DNA of 64,000 nt from NCBI RefSeq assembly GCF_964204645.1, contig NC_134026.1, forward strand, positions 9,137,950 to 9,201,949, given 5' to 3'. Under the pieces are notes generated by a model, which did not search any database, was not told the origin of the DNA, and saw only the letters and a list, made by a program, of their open reading frames with translations. The stretch is from Tubulanus polymorphus (lineage: Eukaryota > Animalia > Nemertea). The position numbers and the translations under genes were made by a program. Below, one piece after another: positions 1 to 13,100 of the stretch (its first letter is position 1; the number at the start of each line of letters is the position of its first letter).

Positions 1-271
1 TTCAACCTGACTTGAGAGCATTCCTGGTGGCCTAGCTCAGTCAGTTTTGGTAGTACATACCTGAAAAAAAGTCTTCACCAAGAACCTTAGTGTTTGATGT
101 ACCACAGAGCCTTAGTGTCTGTGGTACATCAGACACTAAGGTTCTTGGTTACACAGGATCGTAGAGCAACGAAGATACACTGTGGAGACAGCCACACTGC
201 CAGGACTGGGTGAAATTAGGACCAGAAAGCACTGGCAGCTGACCTAAAATATCGTATCAAGTCAGGTTGAA
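1..271. mobile_element. Palindromic MITE-like element (left end at or beyond the window edge)
   Basis: ttcaacctgacttga (1-15) is the reverse complement of tcaagtcaggttgaa (257-271). There is an internal 32-bp hairpin with arms at 77-108 and 118-149 (one mismatch). Confidence 0.55.
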
Positions 272-375
272 ATAGACATTATTAGTAGATGGACCAGCAA
301 GAGCAATACTAGCAGGGACTAGAGCTGGAAAACGGGATTAGCGTGTCGACTTACTCCTGAACTTTATATCTACAG

Positions 376-716
376 CGTTGACAAAACAAGAAGATTCTTC
401 GCACTTCAATCTTACCAAGTTTGTGGCCATGATAAAATATGGATGGGTGTGATTGATCCCGGTAACATAGGCCTACACCCGTGCAATTACGATCAGAGAC
501 AGGGTTATCCGTATTTCCTCTATAACCCGACAGGCATTTCAAGCATCGTTAGTAAGTAAAATACACACTTTCTAAACAAAATTAATCATATTACAATCTA
601 TTCTAATCATATTATAATTTGTTCTAATCATATTATAATTTATTCTAATCATATTATAATTTTCAGATGATGAAAAACTGTTGGTCGCCGATACATTTAC
701 GATTTATATCAGATAA
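376..716 (+). CDS. Last two coding exons (376-551, 667-716) of an uncharacterised gene that begins upstream of the window
   Basis: tacag acceptor at 375, open frame VDKTRRFFALQSYQVCGHDKIWMGVIDPGNIGLHPCNYDQRQGYPYFLYNPTGISSIV, gtaagt donor at 552. Phase-matched tttcag acceptor at 666 gives NDEKLLVADTFTIYIR-TAA, with AATAAA at 753. The RRFF..Y..C..D..W..V.D...C......P.FLY...AD...I pattern resembles a Cys-containing domain I recall from uncharacterised marine invertebrate proteins (unverified). Confidence 0.7.
583..662. repeat. 21-bp tandem repeat (ttctaatcatattataattt[g/a]), about 3.5 copies, filling most of a short intron
   Basis: Directly visible repeats at 601, 622 and 643, plus a degenerate copy before them. 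Confidence 0.85.
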
Positions 717-1249
717 AAAAAGAAAAGGAAAGGAAATTTTTTCCTGATGACGAATAAAAAGTTGATCATCCTTAATTTGTTTAGCGTAATATTCTGTATC
801 TCACGCTTAAATTGAGTTTATCCGCTAGATGGCGCCACTTGAGTCGATTAGCCATTATCCAGACCTCGTTGATTAGTCTCTTGTGTTTCATTGAGTTGTT
901 CAAATTGTGTCATCGAAATAATTTAACAATTGGTAATTATGAATGTATGGCCCGCGTGTGATTGAAACCCGGTTTCCATGGCAACAGAGCTCACCAACCC
1001 ATAGAACTGACCCCACGAGGGAGAAATTTGTTTACAGATTTGTGACGAAATGAAGATAATATATTCTGCATGTCTTAGCAGGCACTAGATATGATACATG
1101 TAACAACTTATTTTCAAAATATGATAGAAATCATAAGAATTTGACTAGAACCATGGGTAACCCTTATGTTTAAGTAAATATTTATCTTCTATAGATTTTC
1201 TTAAAAGTAAACAATGGTTTTTCTACTGAAAGAAGAATTTCTTGATTAT

Positions 1250-2164
1250 CTCAAAACGTTTTGAAATGAGAGCCGGTCAAAAGATTTATCAATCCACATT
1301 TAGACATTGTCCATATATAAGAACCGTTGCTATGGCAACGAAGACAACAATTGCAAAGCTGGCACCAAAACTTTTCTGACTCCATAGAAACTAAAACACC
1401 AGCTCTAACAACAAGTGCGCCCTCGAACATAAAGAGACTGGACTAGAAACTGTTACATTATTGTTGTACGTTTTGATTTTGTAGTTTTCTGATCAGAAAA
1501 GAAAAATGCTAATTGGTCAGGTAATTCATGGTAACAACCGAAAACCTGATCGGGGAAATGTATTGCAAATGTTGGCATAAGATTTATAATCAATACATCC
1601 ACTGCAGTGATTATCAATGTTACAAATCTAGCGAATCTCGGTGTACATATCGAAAGAGATATGAACGGGAAGACGTTTAGGGTTTTAGCTATTATTAACC
1701 AAGAACTATTGCAGACTGCAAGCGCCATTACAAATTAATAGATCTGACAACTTATCACAGAGGAGTCATCGAGAATATACGTAGGACCGTCTCGGACGTA
1801 CAATATAGAACTAACTAGTACAGGTATCAGTGAATAATAAATACAGAACGTGAAATCGCTGAGAGACAATGTGATAAGATAGTTAGCGTATGATAAACCG
1901 CGGAATCTGCGACTTTTCATTACCAGGAAAGTAACTGTATTTCTGAAAGCCCCACAGAAATACGATAGGCAAAATGACCAGTGACACAGTACGGTAGATT
2001 CCAGACTTGTTCTTCGCCACAGACACGATGACAAGGTAACTGTTATACGTTCGACCAATCTGCATCTGAGTTGAATTTATGATTGACGCTGGTTGATGAA
2101 GGTGGAGTGCTCTAATTGTCCGAGAGTGTTCTGAATGTATCAAAAGAAGCAAAATCAAAGCCAT
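1250..2164 (-). pseudogene. Decayed intronless class A (peptide-receptor-like) GPCR
   Basis: Pieces in different frames join into a rhodopsin-family order: TM1 YRTVSLVILPIVFLWG, frameshift, then NTVTFLVMKSRRFRGLSYANYLITLSLSDF (ICL1/TM2 LSxSD), SCQIY* FVMALAVCNSSWLIIAKTL (TM3, ER/DRY lost), ICTPRFARFVTLII (ICL2/TM4), SKRTTIM (TM6 start) and LLTGSHFK (helix 8-like). Contains stops, frameshifts and an apparent TM5 deletion. Confidence 0.65.
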
Positions 2165-2574
2165 GTCTTATTTATCTAGATTCACAATCCATTGTTCCCA
2201 TCAAATAAGAATAAATTCTCAGAAATCTAACACAATTTACTAAGATTTTGTGAAAATGTACGACTGTGTTAAATGTAACAATATCAGGGTTTCCAGCGGT
2301 CCTTCCAAGTCCTTCTTTTGTAAAAAGTTTAAGTCCTTCCTTTTGATGAAAAATTCCTTCCAAATTTAATTTTTCATATTTTCCGCACGCAATTTTGTCG
2401 CGGATATATATGTGACTGTTGAAGTATTATATTACTCGAGCCTGTTAATTCAATTGTCAGTAAGATTGAATATACATGAAAGTGTTATGGAAAGTGTATG
2501 AAATTACCCCGAAATGTAAAGACTGATATTCCGGTGAAAGCATTGCGAAAATGTTCCCTTATATGCCCTTATAC

Positions 2575-3063
2575 AGGGGCGGATCTATGGGTTTGATTAA
2601 GAAGGGGGAGCAGGTAAAGTTAGGGCACATTTTGATGAATAAGGGCACACCGGAGGCGTGAGGCACGTTTAATAGGTGCGAATATTTCTGAAAATATTTT
2701 CGAGTATTGTTAGGCGAAAATTTTCTAAATTTGATGCAATTTTAGAGCTTTATGGCTTTTCTGGTGGCACCTGGGAGCCTTTTTGCGAATCCTGTGTCCT
2801 AGACATGTAAGCTTATTATAGACATGTAAGCTTATTAGATAGCCAAAGATAAGAGTCGAAAAGGAAGACTGGTCTAGGCCCCCCATCCCCCCATGAAAGT
2901 CACCGGAAAACATCAACTATATTTTTGAAACACCCCACGGGTGGTTTAGTTTTATAAAAAATTTCACTTAAATAAACAAAAGATTAAAAAAAAATTTTTT
3001 TAGGGCACCTTGAAATTTTGATGGGGGAGCGCTCCCCCTGCTCTCCCCTTGAATCCGCCCCTG
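2575..3063. mobile_element. Non-autonomous TIR element (MITE) of the caggggcggatc...gaatccgcccctg type
   Basis: Terminal inverted repeats caggggcggat / atccgcccctg. Related GC-rich ends also occur at about 3321-3710, 5233-5499, 22940-23140, 28901-29071 and 46641-47990. Confidence 0.6.
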
Positions 3064-4108
3064 TGATATTACTAGAAATAACTTCTTTCCGAGTCCAAAA
3101 GTCCCTCCTTTCGGGTTTAAAATTGCCGAAAAAGTCCTCTTAGTCACTTCTTTTTACCTTAGCTTTACCACTGGAAACCCTGTTAATTAGATAGATTCAT
3201 TGTAGAAAAATTCGTTGATAATGGTACTATCATACATGTAGTAAATTTTTACGAACATGTAGGGAAATGTTTGCGTAAGTTCAATTCGTTTTAAGCAGGA
3301 TCATGATGATATGATTCCTTCATGGGTGGATCCAGAAAATTGAACCGAGGGGCCGGGTCAAGCGCGGTGGTTTTCCAAATAATAATAATGTTTTTTTCAT
3401 ATTTCAATCAATAATGTAATCATCCTGAGAAAAGAATTTCATTCATAAAACTTTGTGCATTACCTACAGTAATTTCTGGCAGACGCTGTAAGAGCGGGAC
3501 CTGGAAATATGTTCGTTATAACCGCTAGTTCGTTACATCCAGTATGAAATCAATCAAATCTTCTTACTCGGGACAAAATTCTATATTTGTTACATCCGAA
3601 GAATCGTTGTATCCGATGAGTTCGTTGTATCGAGATTCTACTGTATCGCTATCAGAAAATGTCCGAACATAGAACATGGAGGTCGAGACCCTTTAAAATC
3701 CACCCCTACAAGACTGTGATCAGTGGTTTACTGGGGTTGGACCTCAGACGAGGAAGAACTTTGCAGTGTCGATCTAAGCTAGCTAGGTCTAAGAAGACTC
3801 AAAACAAGTGTATACTATACTGGTATTTAAAAAAGTGAATTCGAACCAAACAAAAAATTAATTCTTTCACCTGTATCTGTGTGGTTTTGGCGTTTTGTAG
3901 AACAATTATTATAGAAATTCGTTGAGCACATTATTTGCAATTTACAAAATATTGCGTCACTGAGTTCAATTATGGATTTGGTGCAGATGATGTCTTCAAC
4001 GAATATTTTTCCGAATAGGCCGCCCGTCCCAGCCCAGAAACACTGGAATGCCATAGGCAAGCGAGGATGGTTGGTTTCCACATCAGATGGCACCACGTTA
4101 CAGTGATT

Positions 4109-7100
4109 ATGGCGGCTTCATTTCGGGGGAGGTGCGGAGGATACGGACGAAGTAATAATTTTGTGTATTTAGCCTTCATGCAGCTCACACACTGTTTTCT
4201 CTCGTCGATTATGACCTGTTTATCTATTTTGAAAATGATTCCGTTAAAAAATTTCAGTGATAACGCCGCGTTTTTGTTTTTTAACGTATCAATATTAGAA
4301 TGAAAACAAATGCAAATCGACTTTATTGTCAATCAGCTGACTGTCAGATTTGATATGCGCCGTTGTAACAAGGCCGCTCAGGAAGCAAAATATGAGCATC
4401 TTGCTAATTTTTTTTTTGAAAAATTTATTAATCTGGCCAGAGAGTGACAGACAGAAGAAAATTGTGGTTATTATAAAGTTAAACCCCTTAAATTTATTAA
4501 AAGTTTGAGATTTTTTCTGGTTTTCATTTTCACAGGGTTCCGATCAAATTGCTTTGGATAAGTCCAAAACCTTTTACAGGGTCATCTACGACTCCTTGAT
4601 TCCTTGAAAACTCCTTCTGAGCCAAAAATGTTTTCGAGGTCCTTGAATATCCTTGAAATTGAGCAAAATGGCCAAAAGTTCTTGAAAACTCCAAAATTTT
4701 GAGAAATTGTAAATCAGAAAATTTGTAGGCTTTGGGCTTAGTTATTATATACACAAATTCCACCGAATTGAATGGTTTACTGAGATAAACAGTACCGATT
4801 TAGGTGCAGTCTACGGTAATTGGGTTATGAAAGTGATGCAAACATTCCTCAAAATTTATTAATTTTCTCCTTGAAAAGTCCTGTTGAATTCTGGAATGAC
4901 TGATTTATAGGAACCCTGTATAAGGGGTTACAACTTAAAGAAGCAATATCGATAAAATCAAATTGTTCTGAGTTTCCGAAATGGTGCCTCTACACATTAT
5001 GTGCCTTTCTTCCTTTCTGGTATTCCTGGATCCACTCCCGTGTAATGAATGTTCAAATTTCATTTTTCAGGCCGCCGCATCAGTGTTGAAGACTATGTTC
5101 CTATTGACCTTGATAAAGGTAATTCCCTCATCATTGTAGTGTAGTCTATTAGTTAATTCATAAGGAATGTATTTCTGCGATAAGTTGTAAGGACAGACCT
5201 CAGTAAGGTTTTGAATAATCTGGAACCTATTCCATGGGCGTCCCCAGGATTTTTGGGGGGAGTTCGTTTTTAGGAATTGAAGGGGGTCTGAGGAAAATTT
5301 TGAAAATTTTGTGCAAGCAGGCGCGTTCTGGTGCAATCTGAGGCCGATAGGTAGACTAGTTCCTGTTTACTTTGCATGTAACGATTTTATTCTGCTAAAT
5401 TAAGCAAATGCAGACTGTGTGCCGACGTTCATTGACATTTGAAATTTCAAAAAAAGGGGGTTCGTTCGAACTACCGAATCTCCCCTAGAGACGCCCATGT
5501 ATTCCTAGTCCAATTGAACGTGACTAGACCTCGAAGAAGACTGGTAATCGTTGATATCAGTAGCGTACTAATTAAGCCTAGTATGAAGGGGATAATTCAG
5601 CCCACATCCAAGGCATGCTTGCCCCCCTGAATGCTTCTTGTTGTTTACACCTGCATACTTGTAATTGTTGTTGATTTTATTGTATGTTTTGCTTATACTT
5701 ATATCTTTATCAATTTTCTTTTGCATTTCAGTCAAGTAAACATAAAAATTATTCAACCAAAATATCGCAGAATAATTAATCTCGAATAAATGAATTAATA
5801 AGTAGACTAGCCTAAAGTTTTATAACTTTCATGTCCAAAATGGCATCATGTTTTGAACATCCAAATTTGCCAAAACCGTATGGTTGACTTGTTTCTTAAC
5901 TTTAACGATAGATGGTGAATTTATCGCACAACACCAGTCAGTTAGTTTAATGCCCTTTACTACTAAAACGAACTATAATCAGTCATTCTATGCAGTGTGT
6001 TAGTGATGTCATCTATTGAAATGGGGGCTGAACACGCATAAATGGGCATGTTTTCTGCAAAATACCCCCTCTGTACTGGTGATTGCCACAGATTTTATCA
6101 CTTTTAGAAGAAATGCTGCTTATTTTACATTGAAAAAGCATGACCAGATGAACAAAATAAAACAATGAAGACGAAGATATCTCTTTTAGTTTTTGTTTTA
6201 TGTAGCTCTGAAAAACACGGAAATACTGGCAAAGCGCAGCATTTCCTGAAAAATAGGCCTGGCTGGCAAAGAGTTGATGCCATTCTGATTCCAGTTGCGC
6301 ATTCATGGCTTAGATTTAAGTCCATCTTCATTCTATAGTTAACATAATAACGAAAGACCAGTCTTAAGGTTAAAGAACTCTTTTGGATTCGATTCACGAA
6401 TGTGCAACTCAGCCTTGACGATATGTCCAGTATTATCGAAAAGTAATGATTCCATTTCAGATCCGAAGGAAAACCTACGCGAGATTCTGCAGAATGCCAT
6501 TAAATCAAAAGCGTTGATTAGTTCAAATCGTAAACTCGGATACTTGAACAACATTTCACGATTATGTAGTAGCGTCGATAATAAGGCGGTTGATTGGGGC
6601 ATCTCAGATGAAGAAATCCTCATTTGGTAAGCGTCTGGGTAATAGCCTTCATTCTAATGAAAAGCCTCCTTCGTGGAGATTCGAACCTGGCACAAACCCC
6701 TTGCCTGATTAGCTCTGTGTACATTAGTTAGCTCTAGAATTGAGGGGCGTTGATCAGATTGCCCGATTGTATAATCGCTAGGAAAATTCATGAATAGCTG
6801 AGATAGAATAACTGGGACAAAACTGAAACGATTTATGATGGGCTTAATATGACATCTTGCCTCTGCAAATAGCTGCGAGCTGGTGTTGTACATGGCGGGT
6901 TTCATGCTGTGTTGCCATCAGGTTCGAATCTCTGCCGAGGGAGGATGAATGAAAAGCTCATTTAGGGTAATAAGTATGTGCTCATGCATTACAATTGTGC
7001 AGTGCCAAATTTTTGACCTTGTCTTGTCAGGTCAAGGTGATCTTTGTTATATTCATCAAGGTCAGGAACCTTCTTAATCTTGTGCAATCCTAGATTGCTG

Positions 7101-10100
7101 GGAGACTGGCCACCCAACACAGTCTATATCCCTCACTGTGTATCACTCACTACACCAAGTGTAATGATCGCAAGACTCAATCCGTTACTTTTAAGATCCT
7201 GAAAAAATATTTTTATGGTCGGAGACCATATAGGCATCATATCTTGTACTGGCATGGATATAGTCCCATAACGCTGTATCATATAGAACTGATAATCCAA
7301 TAGAAAAATCATCATCATGCGTCATTTGCCTGTATCAGTGATTCTAGCTATGACCATCATAGCCTGTTTTATTTAGGTTCTCAAATTTCTGATGAAACTA
7401 TGGAAAGTTTTGAGGCGCATGAAGGGCCTACCTGTCAGCGAATGATTTCTGTTGGCTATGAATTGTTATCCCCATCACTATCCTTGCAAGTGCTCGCGCA
7501 CTGATTTATTCTAAACTTGTTTCAAAAAACTATGCAGTTAGTGGTTTACACTGACTGGGAGAGGGTTATTATCGTCACTGCAGCATTCGAAATAATAACT
7601 AGCGTGGATTTTATTTCTTGTGAGTGAGGGATTCTCATAGTGAAAGTTACCACTGATGCCTGCATCATATCATCATATCATCACTCAAACTGCGCCACTC
7701 GATGAATCTGTGCTCTCGGGCAATCCCTCGAGTTATAGTTAGTATATGGTTTGAGAGACACTGGTGCTGTATACGCGGCGAAGTGAGTAGCGTCCCGGTT
7801 CATGTAGTAACACTGACTCACAGATTCTGACTGACAAAATTGAAACAAATTCCTGTAGTGCGTAGTTGAACAAAATATTTAATGAGAAACTTAAATTTGT
7901 TTTCACTGACAAAAAACTGACCACTCCTCATCCATTACCAGTCAACCTGTCTTCTACCATATGGACCTTATGGTCCTCTTGTTTCAGACCATACGTGACC
8001 TAAAACAGTACTTGCTATTACACCCCTTAAACCGGTAGGAATCGAGTAGAAATGCTTCTTTACTAAGCTTAGTGACTGTATAGTATCGCTGCCTGTATAG
8101 ACAGAATTACACTATGGAAAGTACAAATTTATTACGATTGACGGGTAAAAGCTTTAACAACAGTAACTAAACAAAAAACTAGACAGTTGAATGCACATTT
8201 TAATCCAGATTTTCATCTCATATGGACATGTCTTACTGTTCACCTGTTCTACTCAAATATATGAAAAATATGATCCAGATTAACTGAGTGTTGCTGCGCA
8301 GGTCATAGATTACCATGCTATTTTTTTCTCATTTCTTCCATGACAGTCTTAGAGTTTGTCTCGTCAGTTCGTCGAAAGAAATACGCGCTGCGACGTTGCG
8401 TGCAATCGGTCACCTGCTCGAGAACGATGAAATACTCGCGGCCGTACTGAAATTACGCTTGGACTATCTAATAGCGCGTTCGTTAGACATTTACGTCGAC
8501 GACAACGACTCGGATTTGGAACGTATCCAGGCGGTGAAACTTATTCGAAAGATTATACAGATCGAGCCGCGCGTTGTTCCGCAGTCGCTTATATTTCCTT
8601 TGGTGGCGATCGCTTTCGGCGGAACCAGCAAAAAGGATCCGCTGTACAGACTTTGCTACGAAACTATATGCGAATTAGGTATGTATTTTATGACGTGAAT
8701 GAACATGCACCCTCAGTAGGGATTTGAACTTGTGGGTATCGCGATACTCCGCCACGGAATGAAACCCGGCCTGATTAACCCCAGATGTGCAGGTACATCG
8801 GAAATCAGGTTTTTTAGCGCAGGGTATTCTATTCATACCTATCCACGAATTTGCCTTGGCGATTGTACAACACGCAATCTGATCAGGTAAGGTGTGTGGC
8901 TATGCTGCGCATATACCGGTAATGTATGCTGGGGCTATTTGGGCAGGGTTTTGTGGTGTGATGGAGTTTTAACACCCTTGGGTTCGAAAAACTCCTGAGG
9001 GAGGATTGTGAACAATGACAAAGGCCCGCTGTGAACAAACTGGTATCTATAAAATGATTACTATGGTTTTCATGTATTTAATAATAATAATAAACACGAA
9101 TTTGTATAGCGCCTCTTTCCATGTACCTGTGTACAAAGTTCAGCTGCGCTGTCAAACCTGATTATTATTACCCAGCTTCTGTTACCATTCTATAGCAGTC
9201 TTACTCCCCCTGGGGAGATACAACACCGATCAGCAAATCACGATCAGGCGTCGTCAGCGATCAGGCGTCGTCAGCCGGTAGCAAGTGTGAATTGATGCCT
9301 TGCCTAAGGACACTACAGCATAGCCGGGGTTCGAACACTGGACATCTCAATTAAGAAGCCAACGCCTTAACCTTTAGGCCACGCCACTCCACAATTTACA
9401 GTAGTTCGTATCTTTTTATTGGTATCTGCTGGCTCACTGGGTTAAGATGCAAATATTCATACAATATTCATCGAGCGTTAAAGAGGACTGAGTTTATTCT
9501 CGAGGATTTTGTGTAGAATATATGTCACTGATGCCATAGATATATATGTCTTATATTCTATAAATACTTTCAAGGTAATGAATGTCATCTGACATGATAT
9601 GAAAAAACTTGGGTTTCATATTTTTGTTTTTCAGCTGTGTATAACCCGAGTTTGGCCGCTGAATGTGGTGTCATCCGAGCGATTCTACACCAGGTATTAC
9701 AGTCGCATATGTTGCCGCGAATCAACGAATCGTTGGTGATGACTTTACTTTATCTGTTGAACCATCCACGATCGAGACGATTCATCAAGACGGACGTCGA
9801 TCTCGAGGTAAAGTCAAATAGAACCTAATAAGATAAAATCCCACTATTTACAGATTAAAAGAATTTAAAAACCAGAATTTATTTATTTTATCACATCTGA
9901 CGATGATCTCTAGGGTGAGATCGAAACGTCGTGTCTTTTATATATTTTTGATTGAATAAATAAATTCTGGTTTTTAATTCTGTTATTCTTTTGATCTGTA
10001 AATAGTGGGATTTTATCTTATTATCCGTTCACCACGTTTGAGTGTGGTTATCGTTCCAAATAGAACCTAATCGCGCGGCAACAAATCCTGCTTTACTTAA

Positions 10101-13100
10101 CCCTGCTTTCCATTCGTATACGGTCGCTCCAACCGTATCGCATTTTCCAGTAAACTCAACGGTTCATCACAGACTGTGAGGTGCTGTCTCCAAACGCTTA
10201 CTTTAACGTCTGGTGGTATTACGGGTGAATTAGCATTCTGGCAATCAAACGGAATGACGCAGTTCATTTTATTAGCTAGCAGTGTGTGTAAAATTGTGAT
10301 TTATTGTTTCATTCAGAGGTGTGAAGATCTCTGCTTCATCATCAATTATCGTTGATCAAATCTGGATAATAGTTCTATTAATCGTTGATCAAAGCAATAA
10401 ATGTGTTGATATTAGTAGTATTATGGCCGAATTATGCAGAATCCCCTTTTGATATTGCACATCAAGTACGCTTGACATCTATCAGCTCCAGTTATTATGT
10501 GTTGGTACCAGTACTCCGTTCTGACCGTTCATGTTCTGAATCTTTTTCAAATTCATTTGGAAAAACTTTCAATTTCCTTGATTCTCAATTCAGTATCAAA
10601 CCAACTCAGTGAGATATTAGCAGTCCTGTTGCTACCGATTTACACAGTTTGCTTTGTATATTTACAAATATACAAAGCATATTTTGGGTCAAATGACACA
10701 AGATGAAAAAAACTACAGCACCTGAATGATCGCTGAACCAGTAAAACCACTAGCTATGCCCCTTCTGTGACCATTCCCTGGGGAACTTTATTCAGATGAC
10801 GTGTACATGTGTGCGTGTGTACTGTGTTATCTGTTACTGCAGTGTTTCGTGGGGTATTTGACCCAATTTCAGGGATGAGAATTCCCCGCGGATCCGCGGT
10901 TTCCCGCGGATTTCGGTATTGAAAAATATCAATTTTCCAAATACTCCAAATATGATGTAAAAGTATGGGGGGTGTGGGGTGATGATCTCACTCAATTGGT
11001 CCGGCGCGATCGGTAATCAGGTGAACCGTAAAAGCGTTCAGTGCCTGTTTTACTTATCGTCACGTTAAAGTATCGCATTTCAATGCATATTCATTGCAAC
11101 GCAGTGATTTTATATCTACATTTGTACTACGATGAGTGTGTATGTATTTTATCGATCGGTTGCAGACACGCGCGTGCGGCAACAGTAGTAATGTATATTG
11201 GCCTACTTACTGTTGCTGCACGTGTGTGGCGAATGTCTTCGGATATTATACACTACTGGGTGATGATTTTTAGTGAGCATTCATCGGCGCATTTTTACTG
11301 CAATAATTCAGGGCTCGACCCGTAATGCATGAGGTGCTGAATGTCATCGAATGAGGATGTACCACATTGGAACTAGCCATTACCTTCCAAAATATAATAG
11401 TCGTTCATGGGTTCAAGATCGCTCTAAGTGCTCGGAAAACGCGTTTAATTTCTAAAATTTTCTTGGGGGAGGGCCCCCAACCCCCTGAAATAGATCGGGC
11501 TCGGGCCAAATTTGTGATCGCAGCTTATCAAAATTTAGGAGGGGGTACACCAGCACTGCAAACCAGTCGCTCTCAGTGCTGGGTGAACAAATTGCAATTA
11601 TATTTCAGTTATAGATCGAGGAATTGTGGGGCATGTCGTGACATTGCTTGATGAGATTCAATTGGAAAGGTCGGGATTTATTAGGCTGACATGTTAGGAG
11701 CTGTGCATAATTTTCCAACCCTTTTTGCTAGTAGATAATAAAGATGTACTGATTGTTGTTTCGGCATGACTTCGCTTAAAATATGCCTGGTATTAGATCA
11801 AACTAAACTTAGCTTTAGGTTTAAGAGTCTAAAAATTTTGTTCGCCTCGGCTCTGAATTTGTCATTCGTTTAACAATACAGTCAACACATCAGACCTTAT
11901 TCTTGATATTTGGATTATAAGTTGACAAATTTTTTAACTTGGCTCAGGTACATCGAAAAAGTAAGTTAACAAAATTTTGTAACTTTCAATTGAAGTAGCA
12001 GACTCTAAAACAATGAACAGAACAGAGTTTTGAAACTTCCCTTTGCAGTCGATATTTATGTGCTTTGAATCTTGTGTGAGATTTTCTTTATTTTTACCAA
12101 TTCTTTTAAGTACAATCATAAGAATTGTGTTGAGAATCATCAGGAATAGAATTGGTAGAAGATTTGTGAAAGCTGACGTTAAGAAAATTTCAACACTGAA
12201 AAAAGTTGATTGTTCGATTGGAGATGAGAATTTTCATTTTGTCAGAACTGGAACATAAATTCCCTTACATTTATGAAACCAATATATAGAATGCCCAATC
12301 AATAACATGAAACTAATAGATAAGGAAGTGATTATCTATTAAAACTGTGGGCCCATCGATTTGAACTTGGTGCTTTGTATAGTTTTTTAACTTTTTCTGG
12401 CAGAATTATAATTGCTCTATGTTAGGCGTAGAGTTTTGCTGAGTTTAAGTCTATTTTGATCAAATGCGAAATATGACTAATTTTTTATGATCAATAAAAA
12501 GTCCGGTCCGGTAAAAAGTCCGATCAATCTTATGGTTTGAGTCAACGAGCGTCATGATTTGTACGACATGATCGATAATGTTGATAAAGACAAGGATTGA
12601 TCCTAAACAATTTTTTGCCTTAGCCCTGAATCTGTTGGTGCGAGTGTACTTAAAATAAATTACAGGTTTTAAGTCGACCTACTTCTTAGTTTTTGGTTCT
12701 TTTTAGGAGCTTTCAGAAGTTCAACTACTTTTATGATAATGCTGATTTGCAGATTCCGCAGTTTTATCTTACGCTAACCACCTCATCGTTGTATCTCTCA
12801 TCTCTTTATCTCTCCATGTACACTGTATCAATGTTGCATTCTCTTGCATCACAACACTAGCCCAATATTTATGATAGATTCAGTGATCAGTTGTGAAATA
12901 TATTATATTGTAGTTACGCTGACTGGCCGTAATAATTTATGGTTTATAGTAGCTATGTCCTTAGAATGTGCAGAAATTGTGCTCTTCCCGTTTACATCTC
13001 ATTTGATATGTACAACGAAATTTGCTAGATTAACTTAATTGAAAATTACTGCAATAAATGCACTGATTCTATATTTTTGGTTTACCTACGCTTTTTCATG

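Noticed and set aside
351-542. 63-aa minus-strand ORF
   Set aside because: Antisense shadow of the plus-strand exon 376-551, which has proper splice sites and a phase-matched next exon.
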